Of a stretch of DNA of 64,000 nt, positions 9,849 to 20,111 are shown piece after piece. The stretch is from contig JAZDCZ010000254.1 of assembly GCA_036679605.1 (NCBI GenBank), positions 1 to 64,000 of the forward strand, read 5' to 3'. The translations under genes and the position numbers were made by a program. Within the stretch, counting starts at the first letter, position 1. Every line of letters begins with the position of its first letter. Below the pieces are notes generated by a model, which was not told the origin of the DNA, did no database searches, and was given only the letters and a program-made list of their open reading frames with translations. The DNA is from Gemmatimonadota bacterium. GTDB taxonomy: Bacteria; Gemmatimonadota; Gemmatimonadetes; Gemmatimonadales; GWC2-71-9.

Positions 9849-11886
9849 TTGCGTGGGCCTCCCCGTCAACGAGTTGTACCTGATAGCCAACCAACGCTCT
9901 GCGCAACGATGCCTTGGTCGGACCTCCACCACCAGGCCACATAACGACGACGCCCCCGATCACCAACACCACACCCCCAAACCACACCCACCAGACCAGC
10001 GGGTTCAACGTAAACCGATACACCGCCTCCTCTGTTCCCTCTACTGACCCCGCAAACACGATGTAGACGTCCTCACGAAGCCCACTTCGTATGGCCGCCT
10101 CAGTGGACGGCTCAAACGTGGGGCGGCCAAAGGAATCCAGATACTGTCGCTTCTCGCTCGTCATGATTCCGGCAGGTTTTCCATTCCGTTCAACCCTGAC
10201 GGTCGCAGCGGATACAAATCGGTTGAGGTAGTCGTACTGTGATACGGCCTCATGAGTGAATTTGTAGTCGTAGCCAAACGGAGACCGCAGTGTTACCGAC
10301 TCTCCCGGCTTGAGCGATGCTTCCATCTCAGTCTTGAACGCCATGCCGGAAAACGCAACGAAGTAGATCACTATTCCTATGTGAACGATATAACCACCGT
10401 AGCGCCGTCGGTTGCGACCGACCAATCGGACAAACGCGAGGAAGTGGTTCTCTCCATGCAGTCTATGCCTGGCGCCTACTCCCCGCGCAAATTCCTGGGT
10501 GACAGTACCCACGACAAAGGCGGCCAGGATCGCAGCGACTGCTGCATAGAAATCGCTATATCCTACAGCTATGAGGGCGGCAGCCGTCATTACACCGGAC
10601 ATAACGGGCACCGCGAACTGACGCTTGAGATTACGTGGGCTCGCACGCCGCCATGCTATGAGCGGACCGATGCCGGTCAACGCCAACAACCCTAGGCCAA
10701 TGGGAATATTCACCTGATTGAAAAACGGCGGTCCGACGGTGATTTGCGTGCCGCGTACGAGTTCCGAAATCATTGGAAACAGTGTGCCCCACAGAATCGA
10801 AAACGCCATTCCTACCAGCAACAGATTATTGAAAAGAAAGCTCGCCTCTCGCGAGACCATGCTTTCCAGTCGCGATTCTGCCTTCAAAAGGGGCAGGCGG
10901 CTCCAGAATAGCCACGTCAGTCCAACGGCCAAGAAGATCAGAAACCCTAGGAAATAGTAGCCCACCGAAGATTCCGTAAACGAGTGCACGCTGGAGATGA
11001 TTCCGCTACGCGTAATGAACGTGCCGAAGATCGAGAGCATGAAACTCATCGCGATGAGTATCATGTTCCATTTCTTCAGCATCCCGCGCTTCTCTTGGAT
11101 CATCACGGAGTGCAGGAATGCGGTCATGGTGAGCCACGGAAGGAAGCTCGCATTCTCCACCGGATCCCAAGCCCAATATCCGCCCCAACCCAACTCGACG
11201 TACGCCCACCACATTCCCAACGTTATCCCCACTGACAGAAATAGCCACGACACTATGGTCCACTTGCGAATGGCGTGCAGCCATCCCGTGTCAAGACGTT
11301 TGGCTACTAGGGCAGCAACGGCGAATGCGAACGGTATGGCAATGCTGATGTACCCCAAATAGAGCATGGGCGGATGTATGACCATGCCCGGGTTCTGAAG
11401 CTGCGGATTGAGACCGTTGCCGTCGGGGGGAGTGAACGGCAATCGCTCAAACGGATTGGCGGAGAACACAAGCACGATCACAAAGAACAACGTGATTGCC
11501 GATGTCACGGCCGCCACGTATGGCATTAGGTAGTCGTATCGCTTCTGTGCCAGCCACTGCGCTGCAGCAGCAAACAGGCTCAGTACCAAGGCCCAGAAGA
11601 GCAGACTCCCCTCCTGCCCGCCATAAAAGGCAGATATCACGTACGGAGTGGGAAGGTTACGACTGGTGTAGGCCCAGACGTATCGGACGTTGAAATCGTG
11701 GCGCAGCAGGGCCACGAGCAAGGCGAGCGAGGCTACAGCGAGCACACCGAACAGGACAAACGAGGTGCGCCGCGCACTCTGGATCAGTTGCGGCCTGCGT
11801 TGCATGCCACCCATGACCCCAACCACCGAGCCCCACGCTGCAAGCAGCAACGCGAGCCACAGCGCTAATTGCCCCAATATTGTCAC
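9838..11886 (-). CDS. ccmF: Heme lyase CcmF
   Basis: GQEGSLL, HPPMLYLGY, WAYVELGWGGYWAWDPVENAS, SVHSF. Confidence 0.97.
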   Translation of the reverse strand: MTILGQLALWLALLLAAWGSVVGVMGGMQRRPQLIQSARRTSFVLFGVLAVASLALLVALLRHDFNVRYVWAYTSRNLPTPYVISAFYGGQEGSLLFWALVLSLFAAAAQWLAQKRYDYLMPYVAAVTSAITLFFVIVLVFSANPFERLPFTPPDGNGLNPQLQNPGMVIHPPMLYLGYISIAIPFAFAVAALVAKRLDTGWLHAIRKWTIVSWLFLSVGITLGMWWAYVELGWGGYWAWDPVENASFLPWLTMTAFLHSVMIQEKRGMLKKWNMILIAMSFMLSIFGTFITRSGIISSVHSFTESSVGYYFLGFLIFLAVGLTWLFWSRLPLLKAESRLESMVSREASFLFNNLLLVGMAFSILWGTLFPMISELVRGTQITVGPPFFNQVNIPIGLGLLALTGIGPLIAWRRASPRNLKRQFAVPVMSGVMTAAALIAVGYSDFYAAVAAILAAFVVGTVTQEFARGVGARHRLHGENHFLAFVRLVGRNRRRYGGYIVHIGIVIYFVAFSGMAFKTEMEASLKPGESVTLRSPFGYDYKFTHEAVSQYDYLNRFVSAATVRVERNGKPAGIMTSEKRQYLDSFGRPTFEPSTEAAIRSGLREDVYIVFAGSVEGTEEAVYRFTLNPLVWWVWFGGVVLVIGGVVVMWPGGGGPTKASLRRALVGYQVQLVDGEAHAIVS

Positions 11887-11889
11887 TTA

Positions 11890-12294
11890 CTACGCCTCAG
11901 GATCAGCCTCGTAGCGCGACCCACACTTAGCGAGCAAGCTTGTAGCGTGGAACGTGCCGTCTAGTCCCAAGCGTCCCTCCACCACTACTTCGACATCGTC
12001 GGTAAAGGTGTCGGGTGCCAGCCCTTTGTAGACAACCGGATAGGTTTGCTTGCCGTCGGTGGCCTCGAAGCGAATCGTCTGCGTCCTGACATCACGGTGG
12101 ATACTACCAGTTACGACGCGGGCACCCATGCGTACGCCGACATCGTGGATTGACGCATCCGCCCGAATTTTCTGGGCTAGCTCGGTCGGAGTCACAAAAT
12201 AGACCCCGGTATCTTTGATTCCAGACGCCATGAGATAGCCCACGCTCCCGGCGATTAGCATGGCACCCATTATGAATTTCGTTCTAGCTCTCAT
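11890..12294 (-). CDS. ccmE: Heme chaperone CcmE (CxxxY variant)
   Basis: YFVTPTE, V.Y.G..PD.F, VVVEG, LLAKCGSRY. Confidence 0.92.
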   Translation of the reverse strand: MRARTKFIMGAMLIAGSVGYLMASGIKDTGVYFVTPTELAQKIRADASIHDVGVRMGARVVTGSIHRDVRTQTIRFEATDGKQTYPVVYKGLAPDTFTDDVEVVVEGRLGLDGTFHATSLLAKCGSRYEADPEA

Positions 12295-12399
12295 GGTCCC
12301 TCTATAGTGGTTGCTCGTTCAATTATATGGTACCGCTCGCTACAGGGAAAGGTCATCATATCGATGTTAAGAAACCGTCCGAGTAGGATGAATAAACCT

Positions 12400-13878
12400 T
12401 TACTTGGTCCTGGCCCAGGCGAGAGCCGCCGCCACAGCGCGGCGCCAGGCCCCATAACCCATATCCGAGTCGCAGGCCGGCTCAAACCAGCTGTACTGCC
12501 GGTGGCGTGAAAAATCTTCAGCGTCACTCCATACCCCTGCTGCCAACCCCGCCAGCCCGGCCGCCCCCAGAGCAGTGATCTCCACGATCTCCGGTCGCGC
12601 CACCCGAACTTTTAGTACATCCGACTGGAATTGCATGAGCCATCCGTTTGCGGCAGCCCCTCCGTCGACTTTGAGTTCTCCCAGAGGCACCCCGGCAGCC
12701 TGCTCCATCGCCCCAGCAACGTCCATCGTACTGAACGCCATGGATTCGAGCGCCGCTCGGACCAGATGTTCCCGCTTAGTACCGCGCGTGAGGCCCACGA
12801 TCATGCCTCGCGCCTCCGGCTCCCAGTACGGCGCACCCAAACCCACTAGCGCGGGGACGAAATATACACCGCCAGTGTCCGCAACCTCTCTTGCCATCGC
12901 CTCAGTATCCACCGCGTTAGCTATCAAACCGAGGCCATCCCGGAGCCACTGCACTGCCGCACCCGCGATGAAAACCGAACCCTCCAAGGCGTATGCCGGG
13001 CACCCCTGGGCATCGCAGGCCACTGTAGTAAGCACTCCTGACCCGTCCTTCGAGGAGTCCCGCTCGGGGCCAATATTCATCAAGAGGAACGCACCGGTGC
13101 CGTAGGTGCATTTTGCCTGACCGGGATTCCAACAACCCTGGCCAAACAAGGCTGCCTGCTGATCCCCGGCTATCCCTGCAATCGGGATCTCCACTCCCAG
13201 ATGTTCAGCCCTGGCCACTCCCACCACCTCGCTCGAACGGCGGATCTCCGGCAGGCTCGCCCGCGGCACGCCGAAGATCTCCAACAAGTCGTTGTCCCAG
13301 GAGAATTTCGCGATATCGTACAGCAAGGTGCGGGACGCGTTGCTGTGATCGGTTACGAACACCTCACCGCCCGTCAACCGGTAGACTAGCCACGAATCGA
13401 TTGTTCCGAAGACCGCCTCACCACTCTCGGCGCGAGCACGAAGACCGGGTACTTCGTTCAGGAGCCATTCGATCTTGCTGGCCGAAAAGTAGGGATCCCA
13501 CACGAGTCCTGTCTTTCCGGCAATAAACGCACTGCCGTATTCATCCTCGAGCACCGAGCAGCGATCTGCTGTACGACGATCCTGCCAGACGATCGCGCGG
13601 TGCAATGGCTCTCCCGTGTCGCGGTTCCACGTCACTATAGTCTCGCGCTGATTGGTGATCCCGATTGCCACCGGTGTGTCTGCCGCCTGTTGCACCGCCT
13701 CACGCGCCGCATCGAGCGTTACGTGCCAGATCTCCTGAGGATCGTGCTCTACCCAGCCCGGTTCGGGGAAATGCTGAGTGAACTCTCGGTAGCCCCTCCC
13801 AAGAATTCTTCCCTCTTGTGAGAACACTATGGCCGTAGAACCCGTTGTGCCCTGATCCAGGGCCAAGACACAGGTCAA
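12400..13878 (-). CDS. glpK: Glycerol kinase
   Basis: LDQGTTGS, GITNQRET, WQDRR, GDQQAALFGQ, KCTYGTG, VDGG. Confidence 0.96.
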   Translation of the reverse strand: MTCVLALDQGTTGSTAIVFSQEGRILGRGYREFTQHFPEPGWVEHDPQEIWHVTLDAAREAVQQAADTPVAIGITNQRETIVTWNRDTGEPLHRAIVWQDRRTADRCSVLEDEYGSAFIAGKTGLVWDPYFSASKIEWLLNEVPGLRARAESGEAVFGTIDSWLVYRLTGGEVFVTDHSNASRTLLYDIAKFSWDNDLLEIFGVPRASLPEIRRSSEVVGVARAEHLGVEIPIAGIAGDQQAALFGQGCWNPGQAKCTYGTGAFLLMNIGPERDSSKDGSGVLTTVACDAQGCPAYALEGSVFIAGAAVQWLRDGLGLIANAVDTEAMAREVADTGGVYFVPALVGLGAPYWEPEARGMIVGLTRGTKREHLVRAALESMAFSTMDVAGAMEQAAGVPLGELKVDGGAAANGWLMQFQSDVLKVRVARPEIVEITALGAAGLAGLAAGVWSDAEDFSRHRQYSWFEPACDSDMGYGAWRRAVAAALAWARTK

Positions 13879-14891
13879 AAGATTGCCGCGATGGATTTCT
13901 CGTACGGTGGCCGCAGGACGCCGCGATCTGTCACGATCCCTGTCACGTACTCGGCCGGCGTCACGTCGAATGCGGGGTTATAGACCTTGGCTCCGGGTGC
14001 AGCGCCCACTTCCTCCGCTCCGCGTTCCTCGATCGGTATGGCATCACCCGAGGCAAGCGCAAGATCGAAGGTGCTCCTCGGGGCGGCCACGTAGAAGGGA
14101 ACTTCGTGAGCCCGTGCAAGCACTGCCAGACCATACGTGCCGATCTTGTTCGCCACATCGCCGTTGGCAGCGATCCGGTCTGCGCCCGTAACGATCAAGT
14201 TGATGTCACCCCTGGCGATCACCCAAGCAGCGGCGCTGTCGACGATGGCCGTAACGGGTACACCAGCTTGAGTGAGTTCCCACGACGTGAGCCTGGCCCC
14301 TTGGCGGAGGGGTCGCGTTTCGCACGAAACCACTTTCACCTGTTTGCCGCGTTCGTGCGCCACATAGATCGCGCCGAGCGCCGTACCGATCCCGCCCGTA
14401 GCCAGCGCCCCGGCATTGCAATGCGTCATCACCGTCGCACCTTGGGGAATCAACTCCGCGCCCGCCTCACCTATGGCGCGACACATGGCAACATCATCGT
14501 CCCAGATCTTCTGCGCCGCGGCTCGCAACGCGTTCACTACGGTGGGCGCGTCCGACCCATTGGCAAGAAGCTCGGTCGCTACCTCATGCATGCGATCTAG
14601 CGCCCAGATGAGATTGACAGCTGTCGGACGAGCGGCGCCGAGTCGAGCGATGGCATCATCGATCCATTGCTTGGTGAGATCTTGCGACTCCAGCTTAGCG
14701 GCCGCGGCCGCCAGCCCCATCGCAGCTGCAATTCCAATTAGCGGCGCCCCACGGACCCGCAGGGCTTTGATCGCCTCGATCATCTCGTCGATCGTGTCAG
14801 CATCGCAGTGCACTGCTTCGTGCGGCAACAAGGTCTGATCCAAATACCTTACGCCACCGGAGTCGTTCCACTCAATAACTCTTGGGTTCAT
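13875..14891 (-). CDS. mtnA: S-methyl-5-thioribose-1-phosphate isomerase
   Basis: LDQT.LP, VRGAPLIG, RPTAVNL, THCNAGALAT, ETRP..QG, GADRIAANGD.ANKIGT. Confidence 0.96.
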   Translation of the reverse strand: MNPRVIEWNDSGGVRYLDQTLLPHEAVHCDADTIDEMIEAIKALRVRGAPLIGIAAAMGLAAAAAKLESQDLTKQWIDDAIARLGAARPTAVNLIWALDRMHEVATELLANGSDAPTVVNALRAAAQKIWDDDVAMCRAIGEAGAELIPQGATVMTHCNAGALATGGIGTALGAIYVAHERGKQVKVVSCETRPLRQGARLTSWELTQAGVPVTAIVDSAAAWVIARGDINLIVTGADRIAANGDVANKIGTYGLAVLARAHEVPFYVAAPRSTFDLALASGDAIPIEERGAEEVGAAPGAKVYNPAFDVTPAEYVTGIVTDRGVLRPPYEKSIAAIF

Positions 14892-14928
14892 GTGAAGAAA
14901 AGTAGACTAGATGAAATGGATGGGAAGA

Positions 14929-15798
14929 CTAGCGGAGCAGGGCATTCCAGATCGTTCTATCGAGGCCGTCGCTCCCTATGGATCGGGGATCGAGACGTTG
15001 GACATTCCAGTACGCCTCCAGGGATTTCTCTGGTGCTTTGGCGTAGAACCGGGCGCGCCCAAGCATGCGGTAGTATTCAGATCGAGTGGAGTCCAGGGTT
15101 ACAGCCACGGTCAGCTGCTCGATCGACTCGGAAAAACGCCCCACCGCAATGAGCATGGATCCCAGTTCATAGTGGGCACGGGCGTCGGCAGTATCCGCCT
15201 TGACGGCTCGGTACAGTGCCGGCAGGCGATCGCTGAGGTTGGCCCACCCGGAGTCGCGCGTCGGTAGCAGAATCTCGTCGGGGATTGCCCTTATCCCGAC
15301 ACCAAAAGCCGCGAGCAGGGCCACGCTCACCAGCAGCGGAGTCCAACTGCCCAACAGTTCACCCTTGAGCCAGGCCAGGTGCACGCCTCTGTCAATGGGC
15401 CGCTCGGCCGGGTCGACCCTGCGATGCAGGCGGTACATGAATATGCCGATGGGCGGGCCTACGAGCGCCGCTACCGCCAAGCTCAGGATCGGTAGCAGGG
15501 TGAACCATCTCTCCGGAGGCAGGAAAACCAGTCCACCTGAGCCGTACAGCGGGACCAACGCGACGAAGCCGCGTATCAGCGCCGCTCGCTTAGTTGGCCC
15601 AAAGTCGGGCCGACCCGCCACGAAGCTCCCCACGCCCATGCCAACGATCCCAAACGTTGCAATGAGGATCGAGAGGGAGACCCCCGATAGTCGACCCGTA
15701 GCGAAGCCACGCACGAATCCCACGAACCCGGCATAGAGTACGCCGAATGCGGCGACCACGAATCCCGCGTCGATATCGAGTGTCAGTTTCTTGCGCAT
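14929..15798 (-). CDS. Membrane protein with C-terminal TPR
   Basis: About 5 TM segments followed by TPR-like repeats (AHYELG, YYRMLG). Confidence 0.7.
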   Translation of the reverse strand: MRKKLTLDIDAGFVVAAFGVLYAGFVGFVRGFATGRLSGVSLSILIATFGIVGMGVGSFVAGRPDFGPTKRAALIRGFVALVPLYGSGGLVFLPPERWFTLLPILSLAVAALVGPPIGIFMYRLHRRVDPAERPIDRGVHLAWLKGELLGSWTPLLVSVALLAAFGVGIRAIPDEILLPTRDSGWANLSDRLPALYRAVKADTADARAHYELGSMLIAVGRFSESIEQLTVAVTLDSTRSEYYRMLGRARFYAKAPEKSLEAYWNVQRLDPRSIGSDGLDRTIWNALLR

Positions 15799-15962
15799 GG
15801 CCTGTTCTGAATGTTAACAGACTTGCTGAGGATGGCGGCGCTTGCCCGGCGGGATTGATATGTCATCTGTTGCTACACGGTGAGCAGTCGCCACATATTC
15901 ACGTACTAACATCCGTCGTTTCCGCGAGAGGGAGAGCAACGACGGGGTCCATTTACATAGGC

Positions 15963-16490
15963 ATGGTAATGGCGTCGAGCGGCGTTTTTCTCATCATCAA
16001 GAACCTGGTCTTCACGGTGGTCGCGCCAGGCACCGTTACGATTCTCCTTCCTTACGTTGTGGCCTCCAACACAGGAATCACCCCACCGGTATCGATGGAA
16101 GTGCCGCAGTTTCTTGCCATGCTGCCCGGCGCCGCAGGGCTAGCGATATACTTCTGGTGCCTGTGGGATTTCGCGGTCATAGGTCGCGGCACTCCGGCCC
16201 CCATAGACGCCCCCAAGGTGCTTATCGCCGTCGGGCTGTATCGTTACGTACGGAACCCCATGTACCTCGGCATTGTAATGATTGTGCTGGCCGAAGCCAT
16301 ATTTGTTCAATCGATGACGCTGCTGGCGTACGCCATGGTGTGGTGGTTGGTTGTGCATCTCTTTGTAACTCTGTATGAGGAACCGCATCTCCGGGCTACC
16401 TTCGGTGAGTCGTACCGCCAGTACCAAGCATCGGTGCGGAGGTGGCTACCCGGTAGGAGATACGCCAACCATGACCAACAGCACGCTTAA
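15963..16490 (+). CDS. Isoprenylcysteine carboxylmethyltransferase / PEMT family membrane protein
   Basis: GRGTPAP.D.P..L...G.YRYVRNPMY, EE..L...FG..Y..Y...V.RW. Confidence 0.9.
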   Translation: MVMASSGVFLIIKNLVFTVVAPGTVTILLPYVVASNTGITPPVSMEVPQFLAMLPGAAGLAIYFWCLWDFAVIGRGTPAPIDAPKVLIAVGLYRYVRNPMYLGIVMIVLAEAIFVQSMTLLAYAMVWWLVVHLFVTLYEEPHLRATFGESYRQYQASVRRWLPGRRYANHDQQHA

Positions 16491-16777
16491 CTGCGCTAGG
16501 CGCGCCACGCCCCATATTTGGGAGAACCCATGCGAACTTCACGCTTAGGTCCAGCAAACGGAGCCCATATCCTGGCGTGAATAGACCAACACCGCAGGGC
16601 GGGAAACCAGATACTCCACATACTTGTTAGGTAATGGAGTATGAAGCCCCCAGCCCAATGCGGTTGCTGCAGGGAAAGGGAGGTTGGTGCAATCCGGCTG
16701 GACCTTGGAGGCAAAAGCCGTGTATTGCGCAGTGAAGCAGTCAAGCCCCTGTTTAGACAGATCGGACCACTATCGAC

Positions 16778-18061
16778 ATGAAGAAAATGATCTTGAATTT
16801 TGCTACCAGACCAGGGTATTCGCAATTGGCCGTTGTCCTCTTGCTGCTCTCGCCACTGTCACCTCGTGCTGTCTCGTCGAACAATGACCTACTGGACGCG
16901 CGAGGGACGGTCGATCACTACTACAAGCAATTGCAAGATCTCATGAAGAGGGAGAAGAAGCTGAGTGACGATGAATTCGGCGCCGAATTTCTCATGATTG
17001 TAGATGAGTTATTCGACTTACAGACGCTTGCTCCCCAAATTGCGCCAAACAAATGGAGATCGTTTGTTCCTCATGAGCAGAAGGTTCTCACTGCAGCCCT
17101 AAAGTCGTCGATTAGGCACAAGGTGTTGGCCTACATTGCTGAGGATAGCAGGAGGCGGGTTCCTTCGCTGAAATTGAAGGAAAACAAATCTGGGTCTGAT
17201 GAGGCAACCTTACAGTACACGATTAAGCGTGGTCGCAAGGAAGACCGTTTCACCGTACATATGCTCAAGGGCTTAGATGACAAGTGGCAAATAAACGATG
17301 TCAAAATCGGAGAAGAGAGCATACTCGACTACTACAAACACTTCTCTAACAAGCTGCTCAAAGATTACTCGTTTCCGTACTTGGTAGCGGAACTGGGTGA
17401 ATACGCTTTCATTACTTTGGAAGACTTCGAAACGAGTTCGGTCAGCAAGATGCCGGTGACCTGGACATGGAAACCAAAGGATAACGATAAGCGCAAGCCC
17501 TACGTAGTTAGGGAGCAGAATAACAACAAGTACCTGGAAGCAACCGATGATGGTGAGTCGGTAATCCTCGGCAGGGATGTGAAATGGAACCTAAAGAAGT
17601 ACCCTTACGTTTCGTTTCGCTGGCGGGTACACAAGATCCCTGAGGGGGCCGATGAGCGCTATGACAAGAAAGTAGATAGCGCCGCTGGCATCTATTTCAT
17701 TTACAGGAACAAGTTTGGCATAATACCCGAGTCGGTAAAATATGTTTGGAGTTCCACGCTTCCCGTAGGAGCTGCGATGCAGCGCAAGGGAGTCGGTAAA
17801 CCCTGGATGGTTGTCGCCGAGACAGGCACAGACCATCTTGGTGAATGGCGTACGTATGTTTTCAATCTACGCGAAGCGTATAGAGCAACGTATGGTGGAA
17901 ACCCGCCTGGCAAACCGATCGGAATCGGCATCCTTTCTGATGCAAACTCTATAGAAGGGGCGCACGCCTACGCCGACTACGACGACATACGTGCTCTCAG
18001 GAGCGCTGAAGAGGCCGTCGATTCCGGCGTCCGTCAAAAAATGAAAACCTACCAGCAATGA
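16778..18061 (+). CDS. Exported MlaC/Ttg2D-like + DUF3047-like fusion protein
   Basis: Signal peptide; N-half ends W.I.DV.I...S....Y...F (MlaC-like); C-half has YPYVSFRWRV, G.DER....DSAA..Y, KYVWS, W......L...Y...YG, GI.I.SD.N (DUF3047-like). Confidence 0.7.
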   Translation: MKKMILNFATRPGYSQLAVVLLLLSPLSPRAVSSNNDLLDARGTVDHYYKQLQDLMKREKKLSDDEFGAEFLMIVDELFDLQTLAPQIAPNKWRSFVPHEQKVLTAALKSSIRHKVLAYIAEDSRRRVPSLKLKENKSGSDEATLQYTIKRGRKEDRFTVHMLKGLDDKWQINDVKIGEESILDYYKHFSNKLLKDYSFPYLVAELGEYAFITLEDFETSSVSKMPVTWTWKPKDNDKRKPYVVREQNNNKYLEATDDGESVILGRDVKWNLKKYPYVSFRWRVHKIPEGADERYDKKVDSAAGIYFIYRNKFGIIPESVKYVWSSTLPVGAAMQRKGVGKPWMVVAETGTDHLGEWRTYVFNLREAYRATYGGNPPGKPIGIGILSDANSIEGAHAYADYDDIRALRSAEEAVDSGVRQKMKTYQQ

Positions 18062-18071
18062 GGGGCCACGG

Positions 18072-19445
18072 ATGTTCCACAGGTTAGCATTGTGCGTGTC
18101 TCTTGCTTGTTCCCTGCCAATTGACATCGCCGTTTCTCAACAAAACCAGACAATCATATTGAGTCTGGCTAGATGCGAAGAACTCGCGCTCGTGCACAGC
18201 ATACTGGTTGGGGACGCCAATGCCGATCTCGATCTATCGCGCATTAGGCAGGCGCAGGCATCGCACGCCCGTTTCCTGCCCAAGCTAGGCTTTACGCAGA
18301 TTGTGGGAGCCGTTCCGCGGGCTCGGGCCACGTTCACTCCAACCGGCGTTCTCACTTCCCCGGACACCTCGAGTGGTCTCTCAGATCTTAGACCGTTCAC
18401 GGAACTTACCCTAGACCTGATACAGCCCATTTGGACCTTTGGCAAGTTGCGCGGACTTAACGATGCGGCAGCATTCGGTGTGGAGGCGGGCGAAGCCAAC
18501 CTGGATGCAAAGAAAGACGAGGTACGGCTGCAAGTCCGCAAGCTATACTGGGGACTAGTCCTGGGATATGAGCTGTTGCACGTCGTGGAGAATGCGCTGA
18601 CCCAGGTAACCGAAGCCGAGAACACTCTCCAGCAAAAGCTGGACGAGGGCTCAGATGAGGTGAGCCAAACCGATCTCTTCAAGTTCCAGCTGTTCCGATA
18701 TGAAATAAACAAGCGACACCGTGAGGCGTTGGATGGGATCGAGCTAGGCGAATCAGCCTTGCGGGCCGCTATCGGTTTGGACGAAACCGTCGACTTCGAC
18801 CTAGAAACGCAATTCCTCGATCCCATCAGCGTGACCATAGACAGCCTGCAGTTTTATTTGGATCTCGCGGCGCGGTACCGCCCCGAGACAGCGCAGTTGC
18901 GGGCCGGAATCAGTGCTCGTCAATCACTCGTAAGAGCATCCACCAGCGATTATTTCCCGCAGCTCTTTCTCGGTGGGCAGATAAAATACAACCGAGCGAA
19001 AGACCGGTCCGACCCGAGGAACCCTTTTGTCTACAATCCGACCAACTTTTTCCGTCCAGGGTTCGTCTTGGGTCTGAATTGGAATTTGAATTTCGTGCAG
19101 ACACGCGACAAGGTGAGGCTGGCACAGTTCGAGCGCTCGAGACTGGCGCAGAATCAGACAGCGCTGACAGAAGGGATCAAGTTGGAGGTCCGGAAGACCT
19201 ACCTCAACATCAAACAAGCTGAGGTCAACATGCGCGAGAGCAGGCGTGCCCTGAGAGCGAGCCAGAACTGGCTACGTGCAGAAGCGCAGACCTTCGACCT
19301 TGGAATTGGCGAAATCAAAGATTTCATAGACGCGTTTAGAGCCAACGCAGCTATGGATGCAGAACATTTGCAAAACATCTTCGAGTTCAACACCTCGTTG
19401 GCGGAGTTGAGCAAGTCAATCGGCCGCGACCTCTATCCCAATTGA
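18072..19445 (+). CDS. TolC-family outer membrane protein
   Basis: Signal peptide; two OEP repeats (QPIWTFG, YFPQL, EVRKTY). Confidence 0.9.
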   Translation: MFHRLALCVSLACSLPIDIAVSQQNQTIILSLARCEELALVHSILVGDANADLDLSRIRQAQASHARFLPKLGFTQIVGAVPRARATFTPTGVLTSPDTSSGLSDLRPFTELTLDLIQPIWTFGKLRGLNDAAAFGVEAGEANLDAKKDEVRLQVRKLYWGLVLGYELLHVVENALTQVTEAENTLQQKLDEGSDEVSQTDLFKFQLFRYEINKRHREALDGIELGESALRAAIGLDETVDFDLETQFLDPISVTIDSLQFYLDLAARYRPETAQLRAGISARQSLVRASTSDYFPQLFLGGQIKYNRAKDRSDPRNPFVYNPTNFFRPGFVLGLNWNLNFVQTRDKVRLAQFERSRLAQNQTALTEGIKLEVRKTYLNIKQAEVNMRESRRALRASQNWLRAEAQTFDLGIGEIKDFIDAFRANAAMDAEHLQNIFEFNTSLAELSKSIGRDLYPN

Positions 19446-19483
19446 GCGACACTCTTGTTGGATACGAGGCGGAGGATAAAACT

Positions 19484-20104
19484 ATGACGCGCAAGAGCAA
19501 GATCTTCATGGGTTACTTGGCTATCGGTCTGCTATTTTCTTTCTCGAACGTAGCACCGGTGACGCTGCATGCGACCGACGATCAATCACCGGTCGATGTC
19601 ATCAAGGCCAGAAATGCGGCGGTCGAAGCCATTCTCAAGTCGTCAGGTGATGACGTTAGCGACGAGACCAGGGAAAGGCTAAAGGACATCATAAACTCCT
19701 TGATGGACTTCAAGGAACTTTCGCGACTAGCCCTAGGCAAACACTGGAACGAGCGAACTGAACAAGAGCGAGCTGATTTCGTCGATGTGTTCCAGCAGCT
19801 AATCAGGAATTCGTCCGTGAAGAAGCTCAACATTTACAAAGCCGACCGCGTGGAGTACGAGCAGCCGGCAATACGTGGGAACAAGGCAACCGTAACCACT
19901 ATTGCCCATAAGGACCGCAAGGAGGTCGAAATCGTTTACAAGATGCACAAGGTGGGTGATGAGTGGAAAGCGTATGATCTGGTGATCGACGGCGCGAGTA
20001 CGGCAAGAAACTACCGTGACTCATTTTACAAGCAAATTGCGAAAAGCTCCTATGAAGAGATGTACGACAAATTGGTCACCAAGTTGGCAGAAGATGGAAA
20101 GTAG
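19484..20104 (+). CDS. MlaC/Ttg2D (HpnM-like) periplasmic lipid-binding protein
   Basis: MDFKELSRLALGKHW, F...F..L, WKAYDLVIDG.S...NYR..F; GGAGG SD. Confidence 0.88.
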   Translation: MTRKSKIFMGYLAIGLLFSFSNVAPVTLHATDDQSPVDVIKARNAAVEAILKSSGDDVSDETRERLKDIINSLMDFKELSRLALGKHWNERTEQERADFVDVFQQLIRNSSVKKLNIYKADRVEYEQPAIRGNKATVTTIAHKDRKEVEIVYKMHKVGDEWKAYDLVIDGASTARNYRDSFYKQIAKSSYEEMYDKLVTKLAEDGK

Positions 20105-20111
20105 GCAGCCT

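Noticed and set aside
16465..16510. attC-like end (GCTTAAC...CGCTAGGC) after the ICMT-family gene
   Set aside because: Too degenerate, single copy, and no matching partner arm.
16611..16642. ATACTCCA...TGGAGTAT inverted repeat
   Set aside because: The dyad is real but has no U-tract or recognisable motif, so no function can be assigned.
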